DNA of 63,403 nucleotides, filler included, from Reticulomyxa filosa (Eukaryota; Protista; Foraminifera): assembly GCA_000512085.1 (NCBI GenBank). It is 19 parts of 19 records of this genome, joined end to end, with 100 filler letters (N's around TTAATTAATTAA, not from the genome) between each part and the next. Parts side by side here need not be neighbours in the genome. Positions count along the whole stretch, not along the records: positions 23,837 to 28,263 come from ASPP01024423.1; positions 28,364 to 29,649 come from ASPP01013774.1; positions 29,750 to 45,592 come from ASPP01018591.1; 16 more parts are not named here. One strand, given 5' to 3'. The notes beneath the pieces are model-generated. The model was not told the origin of the DNA and did not search any database. It saw only the letters and a list, made by a program, of their open reading frames with translations. Position 1 is the stretch's first letter; each line of letters begins with the position of its first letter. This document shows positions 24,421 through 36,901 of this stretch, one piece after another. Made by a program: the position numbers and the translations under genes.

Positions 24421-24901
24421 TCTCTCCCAATGCTTCTGCGATTTCTTCTTCGCTTTTACTTGGGGAGATATTCTTCAACAACACAAACAGATTCTTCTCA
24501 GGATCTTCCACTTCTTTTTGATTCTACACAACACATTTCATTTGTCTTTTTCTTTTTCTTTTTTTTCATTTTCATCTTTCTCTTTATTTTCTTGTTGGTG
24601 CAACTCATTGAATGGTGTTGCAATTTTCTCCAATCCTTCTCCATTTGCTATCGAAATGCACAAACAGTGTTCTCCAAGTTTGCGAGAACGTGCGCTTTGA
24701 TCTTTGTCGTCAATTTCCACTGCCAACCAATTTCACGAAGATTTTAATAATCTTCCATTCATCCACTAGTGTGTCGAGATATCCGACAGGCTTTTGGGGA
24801 TTTTTTCCCTTTCACAAAGGGAAAAAATATTTTCAAAAAAATTCCCAAATTTTTTCCAATTCCAATCCACGGAGGAGTGGACAGTCCTTGATGATTAATA
24901 A

Positions 24902-25280
24902 TCACTGCCACAGTTTGGGCTTACCAATAACCACTGCAGACTGAACAAGATTCACTTTATCATTTCCAGGAATACCAGAATGACATTTAACCCAATAGAT
25001 CTCTGGAGCATTATCTTCATTAAATGATATTAATATCTTCTGACAATCAATAATTGACAATTTATAGATGTCAGAATCACATTTGTTGAATATCGGATTA
25101 ATCACGGACTTGCGATCAGTTAGAATAATCACTCTTCCACAATGGGCATATTCTAATGAAAGTCTCATTGCTTCAATCTATATCCAATGTTTGTTATAAT
25201 GCACTTAATTGGTATTCCAACTCCAGCTATTGTAGCAAATTCCAGGATTTGTGAATGTACTTCTACCATTGAAGATCGCA
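24902..25280 (-). mobile_element. Decayed non-LTR retrotransposon: RNase H fragment
   Basis: STFTNPGI, EAMRLSLEYA, VIILTDRKSV and IYWVKCHSGIPGNDKV. Confidence 0.8.
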
Positions 25281-25519
25281 AATAGTGATTTATTCATTTG
25301 GGATTGAACGTGAATCTGGTTCGACTGTCGGCACTCCAGCCACAGCTTCATGGATGCACCACGGGATAATGTCGACAATTTACCATTTCATGAGATATAA
25401 TTTAGACGGGTCTTTGATCATTACAAATTTTTTATGCCAACACAAGATTATGATCATTGAATCGACCTGACCATCTAATGCACTTGTGATACAGCTTCAC
25501 ATCTTCTTGTCTTCGTCAT

Positions 25520-26970
25520 AATTTAAGAAGAGGAAGTTGGGAAATAACATTGACTGTCATAAGCAGTCTGGTTTATTACACACATTGAAATTCTTTGTAT
25601 CTTTCCAATCGTCTCTATGATGCCCGTTGCACCATTCGCTTCAACAACACATTTAGCCAAAGATTCGACTTTGTAAGTGTTCTGAAAGTATTTTGGAGAT
25701 TCGAGGCAAGAAATTTCGCAAGAAACTAGCGACAAGATATTCAATAAAGATGCAGCAAGCAAATTTTCAAACTTGTGATGGTGTCGATTGTAATTCCAAG
25801 ATATCTGCAATTGCACCTGCTGTATTATTTGATCAAAGCAAAAATCTCATTTTAAGCAATGTCGAAATTGCTTCAAGTTGAACCATATGCTAAGGAATGT
25901 CCAAATAAAAGGAACATCTCATCATTGAGACGTATGAAATCAACATATCAATACTGCATGGATAAAAATCTATGAATAGTATAATATGTTGGTTTTTCAG
26001 AACAACATAAACGGTTTTTATTCAAAAGCCCAATTAAAAAAAAAATTCATATCACCTTCATCATTGAGCTGCACAGAGGTGAGCAATGCTACTGTGTGAT
26101 GATCAAAAAAGTTTTGTGAGATCATTTGAAATGATATAAAATAATGCATTCTCTATTTTCACCTAAACAAATTATTGCTTCAAATGTTGAAGCTTTAATG
26201 TTATTTGGTTACTTTTTTTGTAACGTATTGTATTATTTAGTACTGTGTTCAAGTTTGAGTGAGGTGCTTGTTTTACAATATTCAACAATTAAATTCTTCC
26301 AGCTAAAAAAAAATGTTCATAATGGTGTCAGGCCAAGTTTATCTATTATATAAGACAACAATTCGTCCGAGTCTAGAGTATGGAAAGGATATAATGTGTC
26401 GAATTCTTGGTGTAATGGACCAGACTGTATATAACACAATAATCTTGTTGGTATACAAAATTTGTAATGAATATATCATGGATTGGGACATTATCCAGTG
26501 GATGCATCCTTGGAGCCGTGACTGGAGTGCCGACAGTTGATTCACATCCAATCTCAAATAATCAACCACAATCAAATAAATCAACATTTGTGATCTTCAA
26601 TGAGCCAAATTTTGTTATAGTTGGATATTGATGTTTTGTGATGGAAGTACGTTCATAAATCCTGGAATTTTTTTTTTTTTTAATCCTGGAATTGGAGGTG
26701 CATGATCCATATTTGTCACAATGACTGAAATTGCTCGCAAGAAAGGTCAGCAATTGCAGCCAGATTTGATTTGACATTTAGTGAACGCAAGATTATTTGC
26801 CAATTGATCACTGGCAAAGTTGGATTGGATGATTATTTATACAATATCCAAATCAGATTGTATTTGGTGTGAAGAAGAAGAGACTGTCGAGCATGTCCCG
26901 ATGGAATGTTTGCTGTACAGTGAATTACGTCGCAATTGGGACAAATGTCCAAGAATTGCTTCTAGACGAT
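25520..26970 (+). mobile_element. Internally deleted LINE: ORF1 zinc knuckle plus ORF2 C-terminal fragments
   Basis: CRNCFKLNH(fs)KECP knuckle at 25860-25900, LYKTTIRPSLEYG at ~26345-26385, RNase H start CDGSTFINPGI at ~26637-26669, terminal LITGKVGLDDYL and CIWCEEEETVEHVPMEC. Confidence 0.8.
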
Positions 26971-28263
26971 TTTAATGTTTATATTTTTCTTTTATTTAGT
27001 GCCATGACCTTTGGTTTTCACTTTCGGGTATAGGAGTTAGGGCGAATAACAGTGATGCGTGAATGACGAATAGTCGGACACCTTCACGCCCTCCGATGCA
27101 AAAACTTTTAAAAAAATACTCTCAATCTTTGTGATTGCACATTCAATTCAACATCACCAAAAAAAAAAAATTCATTAAAAAAGTTGTATTTTGAAGGAAA
27201 ACAAGCACAAAATAAACAGATACTAAACTAATAAGAAAATTTTTTTCAACTAGTAAAATTTTTTTTATCTTATACATATATCTGATCTTGCGATATTTCG
27301 TAAGATCAGATATCGAACAACGAGTATGCAGTTGAAACAGAATAGAAAGACCAAACAAAGCTTGCAATCAAAAAATTGAGCAACTTTCAATTGAATAATT
27401 GTAATTAAACATTCACACACAATTGATTATTTTAAGTATTAAATTTTAATTTTGTTTTAGTTTTTTCCAATTTGTTAAAAGAAGCGAATTGAATATCAAT
27501 ATTTTATGAGGCTCAGAGAATTCAGTTGAGAAACGCTCCAAAGTTTTATTCAACCTTTGAAATTTACTTTGCATTATTAACAACGATTTTCGTCATCAAT
27601 AAGATTGTGGCGAAAACAAACAAAGACAAAAATACAAAGAAAATACTAAAAAAAAATTTTTTTTTATCGAGATATTTGATATTGCGATTTTGCGTGAGAT
27701 CAGATATATAAGACAACAAACGAAACACCCAAAATGAACAAAATAATATTAACAAGAAAGAATATCGAACAAAATTTAGCTCGATATCTGATCTTACGAA
27801 ATATCGCAAGATCAGATATATGTATAAGATAAAAAAAATTTTACTAGTTGAAAAAAATTTTCTTATTAGTTTAGTATCTGTTTATTTTGTGCTTGTTTTC
27901 CTTCAAAATACAACTTTTTTAATGAATTTTTTTTTTTTTGGTGATGTTGAATTGAATGTGCAATCACAAAGATTGAGAGTATTTTTTTAAAAGTTTTTGC
28001 ATCGGAGGGCGTGAAGGTGTCCGACTATTCGTCATTCACGCATCACTGTTATTCGCCCTAACTCCTATACCCGAAAGTGAAAACCAAAGGTCATGGCACT
28101 AAATAAAAGAAAAATATAAACATTAAAATCGTCTAGAAGCAATTCTTGGACATTTGTCCCAATTGCGACGTAATTCACTGTACAGCAAACATTCCATCGG
28201 GACATGCTCGACAGTCTCTTCTTCTTCACACCAAATACAATCTGATTTGGATATTGTATAAAT
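26835..28263. repeat. Long inverted repeat: arms 26835-27316 and 27781-28263
   Basis: The arms are reverse complements over about 480 bp, and by eye differ only in homopolymer length. The right arm runs into the contig end. Confidence 0.95.
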
Positions 28264-28742
28264 NNNNNNNNNNNNNNNNNNNNNNNNNNNNNNNNNNNNN
28301 NNNNNNNTTAATTAATTAANNNNNNNNNNNNNNNNNNNNNNNNNNNNNNNNNNNNNNNNNNNNTTTTTTTTCTACTAGTTTGCTCTGAACTTTTGGGCTA
28401 AAAACAACTCCTAAAACATGAAATCAAATTTTTTTTTGTACACCGTGCTACAAGGCAGCACTTTGGCCCCAAAACGTACCTGTTTTGCGTTTAATCTTAA
28501 AACAGTTCTTGAAGGCGAAGAAATCTTACTGCAATTGCACTAATTTTTCTCATTCCTAACTTGACTTTTTGAGTTAAAAAAAAAAATTACAAATACCGGG
28601 AAAAAAAAGCCATCTCAAAGACATTTTTAAAAGGATAGAAATGCAGGAAATGTTTGATAGTTCTTGCAAAGTCAGAATATTAAAAAAAAAAGCTTTTTGG
28701 CCCCTTTGAAGCCGACATTATAAAGAGAAAAAAAGGAGAGGA

Positions 28743-29649
28743 ATGGTAAAAATCCAAGTGATTTCACATACAGTAGGTGAGAAGCATGGGTATCATAGAA
28801 ATTTTGCGTCTAACGAGCATCGTTTCGGAGGTGCGCGCGAGTACACGCGCGCGCTGCGAGCAGCAAAATTGGAGAACATGCACGCGCGTCCGTTTGTGAT
28901 GTCGTTGGACGGACACGTGGAGACAGTGACAAAGATTTGCAAGGTGCGTAACAAGTTGCCGACGATCGTGTCAGCAGATTGGGACGGCGAGATCCGTTGT
29001 TGGGACATAGCACAGCAGTTATTGAATTGGCGAGTCCAAGGCCATAAAGGTCGCGTGATGGGGTTATGCACAACGAATAGTACATTTAGCAGTGACGACC
29101 TAAGTATGAAAGGGGGGATAAATTTGGTGATATCATCCGGCATTGATAAGTGTATCAAAATATGGCGACTTGCCGTGCCAAACGCAGCAAGGAAGCAATG
29201 GGAACGCGACGACGGGGTCGACATGTTATCGGGACTAGCCAATGAAATTTCAGGTAAATCTTGGGCCGCCGACGGCAATTCGCATGGACTGACGCATGCA
29301 CAAGGCGACCAGTTGCCATTGACCACGATACACCATTGGGAGCCGATCCATTGCATCGACAGCAGCTGGGCCCCAAAGTCCACGCTCTACGCTTGTGGCG
29401 GCACATACGTATCGCTGTGGGACGTACACAGGACACACGAAATGCACAAGTTCACACCCGCGTCCGCAAATGGAGACCAGATCAGCTGCATGACATTCAA
29501 CCCCAGTGAATATGACGTCTTGGCTGTCGCCACGCAAGACCGCAGGATCACTTTTTACGATACCAGGACCAAGTCACCTATGCCGTACATTAGTTTACTA
29601 GTTAAATTTTTTTTTTTTTTTGAAAAAAAAAAAAAAAAAAACGGGAAAA
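28743..29649 (+). CDS. DCAF13: DCAF13/Sof1 WD40 protein of the SSU processome, 5' part
   Basis: Diagnostic N-terminus AREYTRALRAAKLENMHARPFVMSLDGH, followed by DGEIRCWD and FNPSEYDVLA...DRRITFYDTR. Confidence 0.93.
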
Positions 29650-29749
29650 NNNNNNNNNNNNNNNNNNNNNNNNNNNNNNNNNNNNNNNNNNNNTTAATTA
29701 ATTAANNNNNNNNNNNNNNNNNNNNNNNNNNNNNNNNNNNNNNNNNNNN

Positions 29750-32700
29750 TTTTTTTTTTTTTTTTTTTCTCTTCGTTTGAACTTGAGCTGATTGGTCAAA
29801 GTGTCAGATAACAACCGACTTTGCTCTTTACTTTTTTCCATGTCTCTTTGCAATTTTTCAATGGACTCACTCAGTTTCTTCAACTCAAGCTTCTTTTGGC
29901 TGACGAGCTCGTTGATGTTCTGTTTGTCATTTTCGAGATCTTGTTTCTGCTGCTTCAACGTGTTCAGTTCCAATTCCATCGAGTGTTTCAAGGACTGCAT
30001 TTTTTCGTCTTCTCGTTTCAACGCGTCTATTTTCTCTTCCAGCTTTTGTAGTTCCTGCTTTTGTAACTTTACCTTTTGTTCGTTTTTCTGTTTCACTTGT
30101 TTCCACTTCGACCGCTCTTGTTGAACAGTCGCCAAAAATTTTTCACCTTCTCGTTTTTGCTCCTCCAACTTCTACTTGTTTTCATATCATGCATTTGCAC
30201 ATGACTTTTAAATAAAACTCAAACGCGTCTTTTTTTTTTTATATTAAAAAAAAACAAACCATTTGAATTTGTTGTTTTGAATCCAGACTCTGTTCTCTCA
30301 GTTTCCAATTGTTTTGAAATTCTTGTTGGTGCTGGTAAAACTCCTTCTTCTCAAATTCAAACTTTTGTTTGAGATCTTGAATGTGCGTTTTCTCCAGTTC
30401 AAAGTCTTGTTTCAAACGGGTGTACCGATTCACGTCGCTTTCCAATTGCTGTCTTTTCGAAGCCATGTCCGCTTTGCTTTGTTCCATTTCTTGGCGTTGT
30501 TTGTCCAGCCATTCTTTTTTTTTCTTCAGCTCCTCCAAATCTTCGCTCACTTTCGCTTGATTCATTTCCTTCCATTTCTCCACCTCTTTGCGATCTTTGC
30601 TAATCTGACTTCGAAGCGCAATCAACTCACTTTCTTTGTTATTCAGTTCTAAGTACTTTGATTCGTACTCGCGTTCTCGGTCTTTTATTAGTCCCTGCAT
30701 TGCCTTTAATTCGATCTCTTTTTTTCCATTTCCTTTTTTTTTAAAAAAAAAAAAAAAGAAGTTTGGATCACTTTCAACACTTTGAAATTTTTTTAAAATT
30801 TATTTGAACTCTTTCGGACATATGTGTTACACAAACGAGTAAGAATAAATGTGTTCTCACTTCTTTTTGTTTTTCCAACGCTCTTTTCTCTTGTTCCAAT
30901 TGTGTTTGCTCCTGTTTTAATTTGATGCTGCATGTTTCCACATCTTTGCGCATTTTGGAATACTATAAACGCATGTGTGTGTGTGTATACGTATGTGGGT
31001 GATTGAAATATGAAAACATGTAAACCTTATCCATGTATTTCTGCTCTTTTTTATTCAATTCCTCCTCCATTTGTTTCAATTTGTGTTTCTTTTCATCCAA
31101 TTTCTGTCGAAGCGTATGCAGTTCTTTTTGTTGGAGTAGCAATTGCTCACTTCTCGATGAAAACGTTTCCTCTGTTTTTTTTTGTATTCCTCAAACATTT
31201 GTTTTTCTTTGTCAAATTCCGATTGGTTGTCCTGACAATTCTTGCATTTTCGCACCATTTGGTCGTGCATCTTGGTTAATTCCGTTTCTTTTTCTTTCAA
31301 ATTGGCTCTTTTTAATTTCATTTTTTGCTGTTCCTCCGCCAATTTGTCCTTTTGGTTCTTCAACTCCTTCGTCTCCATGTCGATCTTGTTTTGGCCAATG
31401 GTCACTTCACGTTTCAAGTCTTGCAATCGCAGGTTCTCTAGATGCAATTGCTACACAAGCACATTGCTACAACTTTCCATCAAAATGAATACGTTAATCA
31501 ATACACACAAATACGCACACATGGCATGGACGGTCTGAACTTGTTCCAATGACTTCAATGCTTGCGATTGTTGTTGCAACTGGTCTTGCTTAGCTTTGAA
31601 TTCATTTTTTTCATTTTCGAAAGCCTGCTCCCATTTCTTCAAATTGTCGCGACTATTTTTTTCTTCCATTTTCATTTCATTCCATTTCTGCTCGATAGTC
31701 TCCAGTTCTTTTTTTTTAGCCTCGTAGTATTGCAATTGCTCTTGCATTGCCTTTTCTTTTTTCTCAATGCCCTCTTTTTCGTTCAATGCCCTCTTTTAAG
31801 TCACATTGTATTTCGGACGTATACACACACACACACACATACACACGTGCATTGAACATGTGTATGCAAAGCAATGCAGAAAAACTCGGTAAACAAAGTT
31901 ACTCAACCTGTGTCTCCTCTTGTAATTTGGCCCATTCTTGTGTTAGCTCATCGTGCTTTTCTTTCCATTTCTGGTATTTGTTTGTGTGTTTTGAATTGTT
32001 TCCATTTGTTAATTTATTGATGTACTGCATTTATGAAAATAAAACAAACAAAAAACAAGTATATTTGGAACTTGCTCGAGAGCATGACATTGTTGTTCTC
32101 TTTCTTTTAATTGGACGTCTTTTCGATTGAATTGTTCTTCCTTGTCCTGCATCTCTTTTTCTCGTGACAACAAAAGCTGTTCTTTTTCATTCCAATCTTG
32201 CTTTTCGACTTCAAGCTGTTTATTCGATTGCAACATTGAATAATATTTCGCCATTTGCTTTTCCATTTTTTTTTGTTCTTTGCAAAATTTGCCTTCTCTT
32301 TTCTCCAATTCCAGTTCTCTGGTGCAATCGTCCGTTCATTTTATTTTATTTTTTAATAAAATAAAATAAATTGTTTTCTGCAAAGCAGTGAACTTATATC
32401 ATGTTTGTAAAAAAAAAAAAAAAAAAAAAATATAGTAACTTTTCTTGATTCGCTTTTGTTTGAAGAGCCAGTTCATTTTGTTGCTTCATGAACAAATTTT
32501 TTTGTTGTTTTACTTTTTGTTCCCATTTTTCTTGCTGGAGCTTGAACTCATCCTTTTGATTTTGTAATGCCTTTGTCTGCTCCGACTCCAACTCCTTCAA
32601 CTCGTTCTCATTTTCTCTTGTTTTAGGTCCAGCTCTTGCTCCTGTTCCATTGTTTGTTTGTTTGTTTGTTTGTTTGTTCGTTCTGCTTTGTGTTGTATTT

Positions 32701-35077
32701 GCATGAAAAATAAACAAAACAAAAAAAGACTGAAAAGGGACAAACGAACGAGCAGAACAAACAAAGTGAATGGTCACCAAAAGGATAAATTCTTTTTGTT
32801 TTGCTGCGTTTTAAAAATATTTCATGCCTTCATTTTAGCCAACTCAAATTTCTCCATTAATTGCTGCAACTTTTGTGCCTTTTCTTCTTCCAAGAATTGT
32901 GACTCTTTTTCTATTTCTGTGAAAGGCGTCCAGCCCATTGCAATGTGCCCACCAACACACAACGCGCCCATCGCAAATCCCCTCCAATGTTGCGGTCACT
33001 TGATACGTATCAAAAAAAAGGACAGACATAACTCTCTTTCACTTTTTGGAGTTGAATGTTGCGTTCTTCGAGCTTCTTTTGTTCCATTTGTAATTGTTGA
33101 CGTCTGTGATGAAAATGGCGCCATTGTGTCGATCAATAAAACAAACACTGAAAACAAAGGGAAAAAAAAACACGTAACAAAGTGTGATTGGCCTCTTTTT
33201 GTTCGTTGATCCGTTGTTCCAACTGTTCTCGCTCTGATATACATTTGTGTTTCAATCGATTTTTGATTGGGTGACAAAAGAGATATCACTCGACACACCC
33301 AATAAAAATCAAAAAAAAAAAAAAAAAGGAAAGTAAACAAACCTTTTTCCAACTTTTGTTGAAAAGTCGCAGCTTGGAGTTGTTGCGTTTGTAATTCCTT
33401 AAGTTTGACGTCGTATTGTTGCTGCTTTGCTTTTTCATTTGCGTCCAGTTTGCTTTTTAACTGTTCCAACAACTTGTGTTCTTTTCCTTGTTTTTCCTCC
33501 ACTGCCTTCACACGCTCTTCTTTTTCGTGCAGCTCATTTTCCCACAGCTTTAACTTTTTTTCTTGCTTTTCGAGGAACGCCACGTCGCTTTTTCGGATCA
33601 GCATGTACTGATTGTCCATCTGCACGTGTGGCAGAGTCGGATGTCCACTCAGTCCTTTTGTATTTTTCATTTGGTGAAAATGCACTTCTGTTATTGTCTC
33701 CACTGATTCGTTAAAACAGAAAAGACTCAGCCAAACAATTTTTTTTTTTTTAAGGGAAAAAAAAAAAAGTACGCACCTTGTTTGTCATGAATTGCAAGAT
33801 GAGAGTTTGGGGCACTGTGTGTCGGTGGCGGAGGAGAAATGCTAGTGACCATGCCATTATTAGAATGATTGTTTTGTTGTTGGTGGTGGTAGTGATGATG
33901 ATGATGATGGGGATGTGGTTGTTGCTGTTCACAATAAACTTTAGAGACGACTGGCGGGGCAAACTGATCCATCAATGAACAGTTGGGTTGACTGTGATGT
34001 TGTTTCAGCAGATGTTGATTGGGAGTACTCGACACTGCACTGAAGTGTAACGTCGACTGCAAGTCCATTGCAAACTCATTGTTTTCTTCCACGCAAGGCA
34101 ACAAGGGATTATGTGCTTGTTGAAACGAGTTTTGATACACCGGATACGGTGACCCCACCAGAGGTGCTTTATGCATCTGTTGCATGCTCATATGCAACTG
34201 CGATACCAACTGTTCATTCGCATAATTTGTTTCCGGTTCGTAGCCACTTTGATGATGTTGTTTTTTATTTGTCTGAAAATATACCTTTATTATTATTATT
34301 ATTATCACATATCACATGTTATTGGATATTTTGTATCCGTTGTGGCAATGTAGCGAAGGTAAACAAATAAAAAAACACAACATTGTCAGCAACACATACT
34401 GGCATCTGTGTCGATGAGTTGTCACACTTGCCGGAAATGCCAGTGAATGAAGCCGTGGCTATTTTTTTATGACTATTGTTTGCTTTCTGGCTTGAATTCT
34501 GCATTGTGTCTGAAATATTCCCGCTTTGCTTTCTTGAAATCGATGATACTGATGCTGTTTCTTCAAACGACCTTGGTTGCAGCTGAGACAGTTTCGCTGA
34601 GTATGCAAAATTGTTCACGTCTAATGATTCATTTGTTGAGTTTCTTTTTTTTTTTTTATTACAAGATTTTTTTTATTTTTGTTTTGGGGTTGGTTTCTCC
34701 AAAGAAACATTAACTTTTTTTTTTTTTTTAACAAACAAAATTATTATATGCAAAATATGTATGTATATACGCAACGTGTCCCAAGTGGGATCATATTTTC
34801 TCGCTGGTTGTCTATTTTTGCTGCTGGTGCTCACATTTACGTCGGGTACACGAATGGAATTATCATTTGACAATTGATGTTCGGGCTTTTCTTGTGTTTT
34901 CGTGTTTCGCTTTTTTTGTGAGTGTTCTTTTGAAACGCTCTCCGGAATGTTTACAATTATTGTTTGTGATTTTGATAAGATCTCTTTGTCTTTTTGGTCG
35001 GTTTCGACAAAATGAGAGTCAAACACAATATATTCCCCGTGTCTGGTGTTATATTTGTCACGGTCATTTTTCGACAT
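29750..35077 (-). CDS. Large multi-exon coiled-coil protein with a Q/H/N-rich N-terminal region
   Basis: A series of same-strand E/K/Q-rich exons separated by short GT..AG introns. Some local frameshifts. 3' truncated. Confidence 0.75.
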
Positions 35078-35533
35078 TTACCAAATTTATGCTCGATTTT
35101 TTCCTCCACCTTTTTTTTTAATTTGTTTGTTTTTTTTTAAGTGTTTTATTGTTGAATTTGTTTTTTGTTTAAATTTGTTTTTAATTTGAATGTTTTTTTT
35201 TACATTTTATTGTGCTATTTTGGGTGGATTTGGCCATTTTGTTAGAATTTTATTTTTAATGTTTTGTATATTTTTAAGTAATTTTTGTGTTTAGAAATTT
35301 TTTATATTTCGCTTATTTTGGTTATATTGAGCACAATTATATTTTGTGCATTTTTTTCTAGAATTTGTGAAGAATTACAAATACTTTTTGATGTGAACAA
35401 GAATTGTTGGAAATATCACAACTTTGATTTTTTTTTAAGTTGACAAATTAACATTTGATGGAGTCTGAAAATACGGGAGTTGTGACAAAGGGGTTTATTA
35501 TTGAACTAAAATTTGTATAGTTTAATTGGTGAC

Positions 35534-36624
35534 ATGGCTTTCATAAATGCAGTTCTCTTTAAAAGTATTTATGGAACAGTGTTATCGGTGTTGGTACTGT
35601 TAGTGATCATTCTTCAAGTATTGGCGATCCGTTTTCGTTGGAAGTACTCATTAGGGACAAATGCGTTGATAGTGTTGACGCTAGCATTTTTTATATATTT
35701 TTTAAATTTAAGTAATCTACTAATGTCGATAGGCTTGTCTACAGCACTACCGTCGCACCATATATGCGAATGGGGTTATTTTTATACGCAATTTGCATAC
35801 GGTATGACAAGATTTTTGTCATTGTTGTTTTTATTGCAGCGAGCAAGGCTAGCACACTCGATGACCCCATTATTCAGTGAATTTTATTTCAAGCGAATAT
35901 TTCCATTTCTGGTGACAATGATTTGGGTAGTGTTGTGTGTCACATTGTTTATTTCGCCGGGAGTTCCAGGGCGCAATGTCCGCAATGGTACTCACAAGCC
36001 CAAAATGAGTTCGAATCACTGCGAAGCCAATCAACAGCATCACTCACAACAAATATTTTTGGCCGCAGCCCTGGCGGTCACTATTGTCGTTGTGTTTTTC
36101 ATTTTCTTGTTCTTGTACCCCATTATCAAACTCATCCAACAAAACGAGAACGGATCGAGTATGGCATCAATAAATGAGACACCGTGTGATGGAATCAAAT
36201 TAAGCCAAACCGAATTTCGAGTCGTTCTAAAGTGGAGCTTGTTCTTGTCCACTCTCAGCTTGTCGATTAGCTTGCTCACCATGACTGTCTGGCCACTGTT
36301 TCCAAATCGCCTCTTTTTCATTCCACACTTGGACTACTTTGTCGATTCTGTTTGTACATTCTTGTTGCTTGGTTTGTTGTATGACCATTCATTATGTGTA
36401 CGTGTATTGTATTTATATACATATATATATAAATATATATGTGTATATATATTTTTTGAGCCTTTTTTAAAAAAAAAAAAAAATGTGTATTTTTTTTAAT
36501 AGGCAGAAATAGGTTGTTTCTATATGAAATCTTTTCCAAATTTTGTACAAAAATTAAACTATGTCACACTGGAACTCTGACTGCTGAAAAACCCATGGAT
36601 CTTTCCACTTCTTTTCTCAATTGA
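35534..36624 (+). CDS. 7TM GPCR-like membrane protein, two exons
   Basis: Seven hydrophobic segments, Cys at the TM3 start (HICEW) and in loop 2, Arg after TM3. An intron at 36372-36502 restores the frame to TGA 36622-36624. Confidence 0.7.
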
Positions 36625-36901
36625 CTGTGTTTTTATATTAATTTTTTATTTTTCATTATATACTCTTTTTTTTTCTCCTTAATTTTGCCCACTTTGAAAC
36701 TATTCCGTTATTCCAAAAGTTTGAAACTATGTTAACTTTTGTCACCATGTTAATATTACATCTTCTTTACTTTTTTTTTTTTTTTGAAAGAAAAAAAGAT
36801 TGCACAGTCGTTATCATGAAAAAGAAACTCATAAGTTGTGAAAGGACGTCGTGCACATTTTTTGTTGAAATTGAAAATTGTGTGCTCTCTGAAGGCAAAA
36901 A

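Noticed and set aside
24430-25280. RNase H upstream of the endonuclease as a novel retroelement architecture
   Set aside because: The plus-strand copy of the same family has RNase H in the normal post-RT position. Juxtaposed fragments explain the order more simply.
29792-33714. Many plus-strand Phe/Ser/Cys/Leu-rich ORFs
   Set aside because: They are antisense shadows of the E/K/Q-rich coiled-coil exons.
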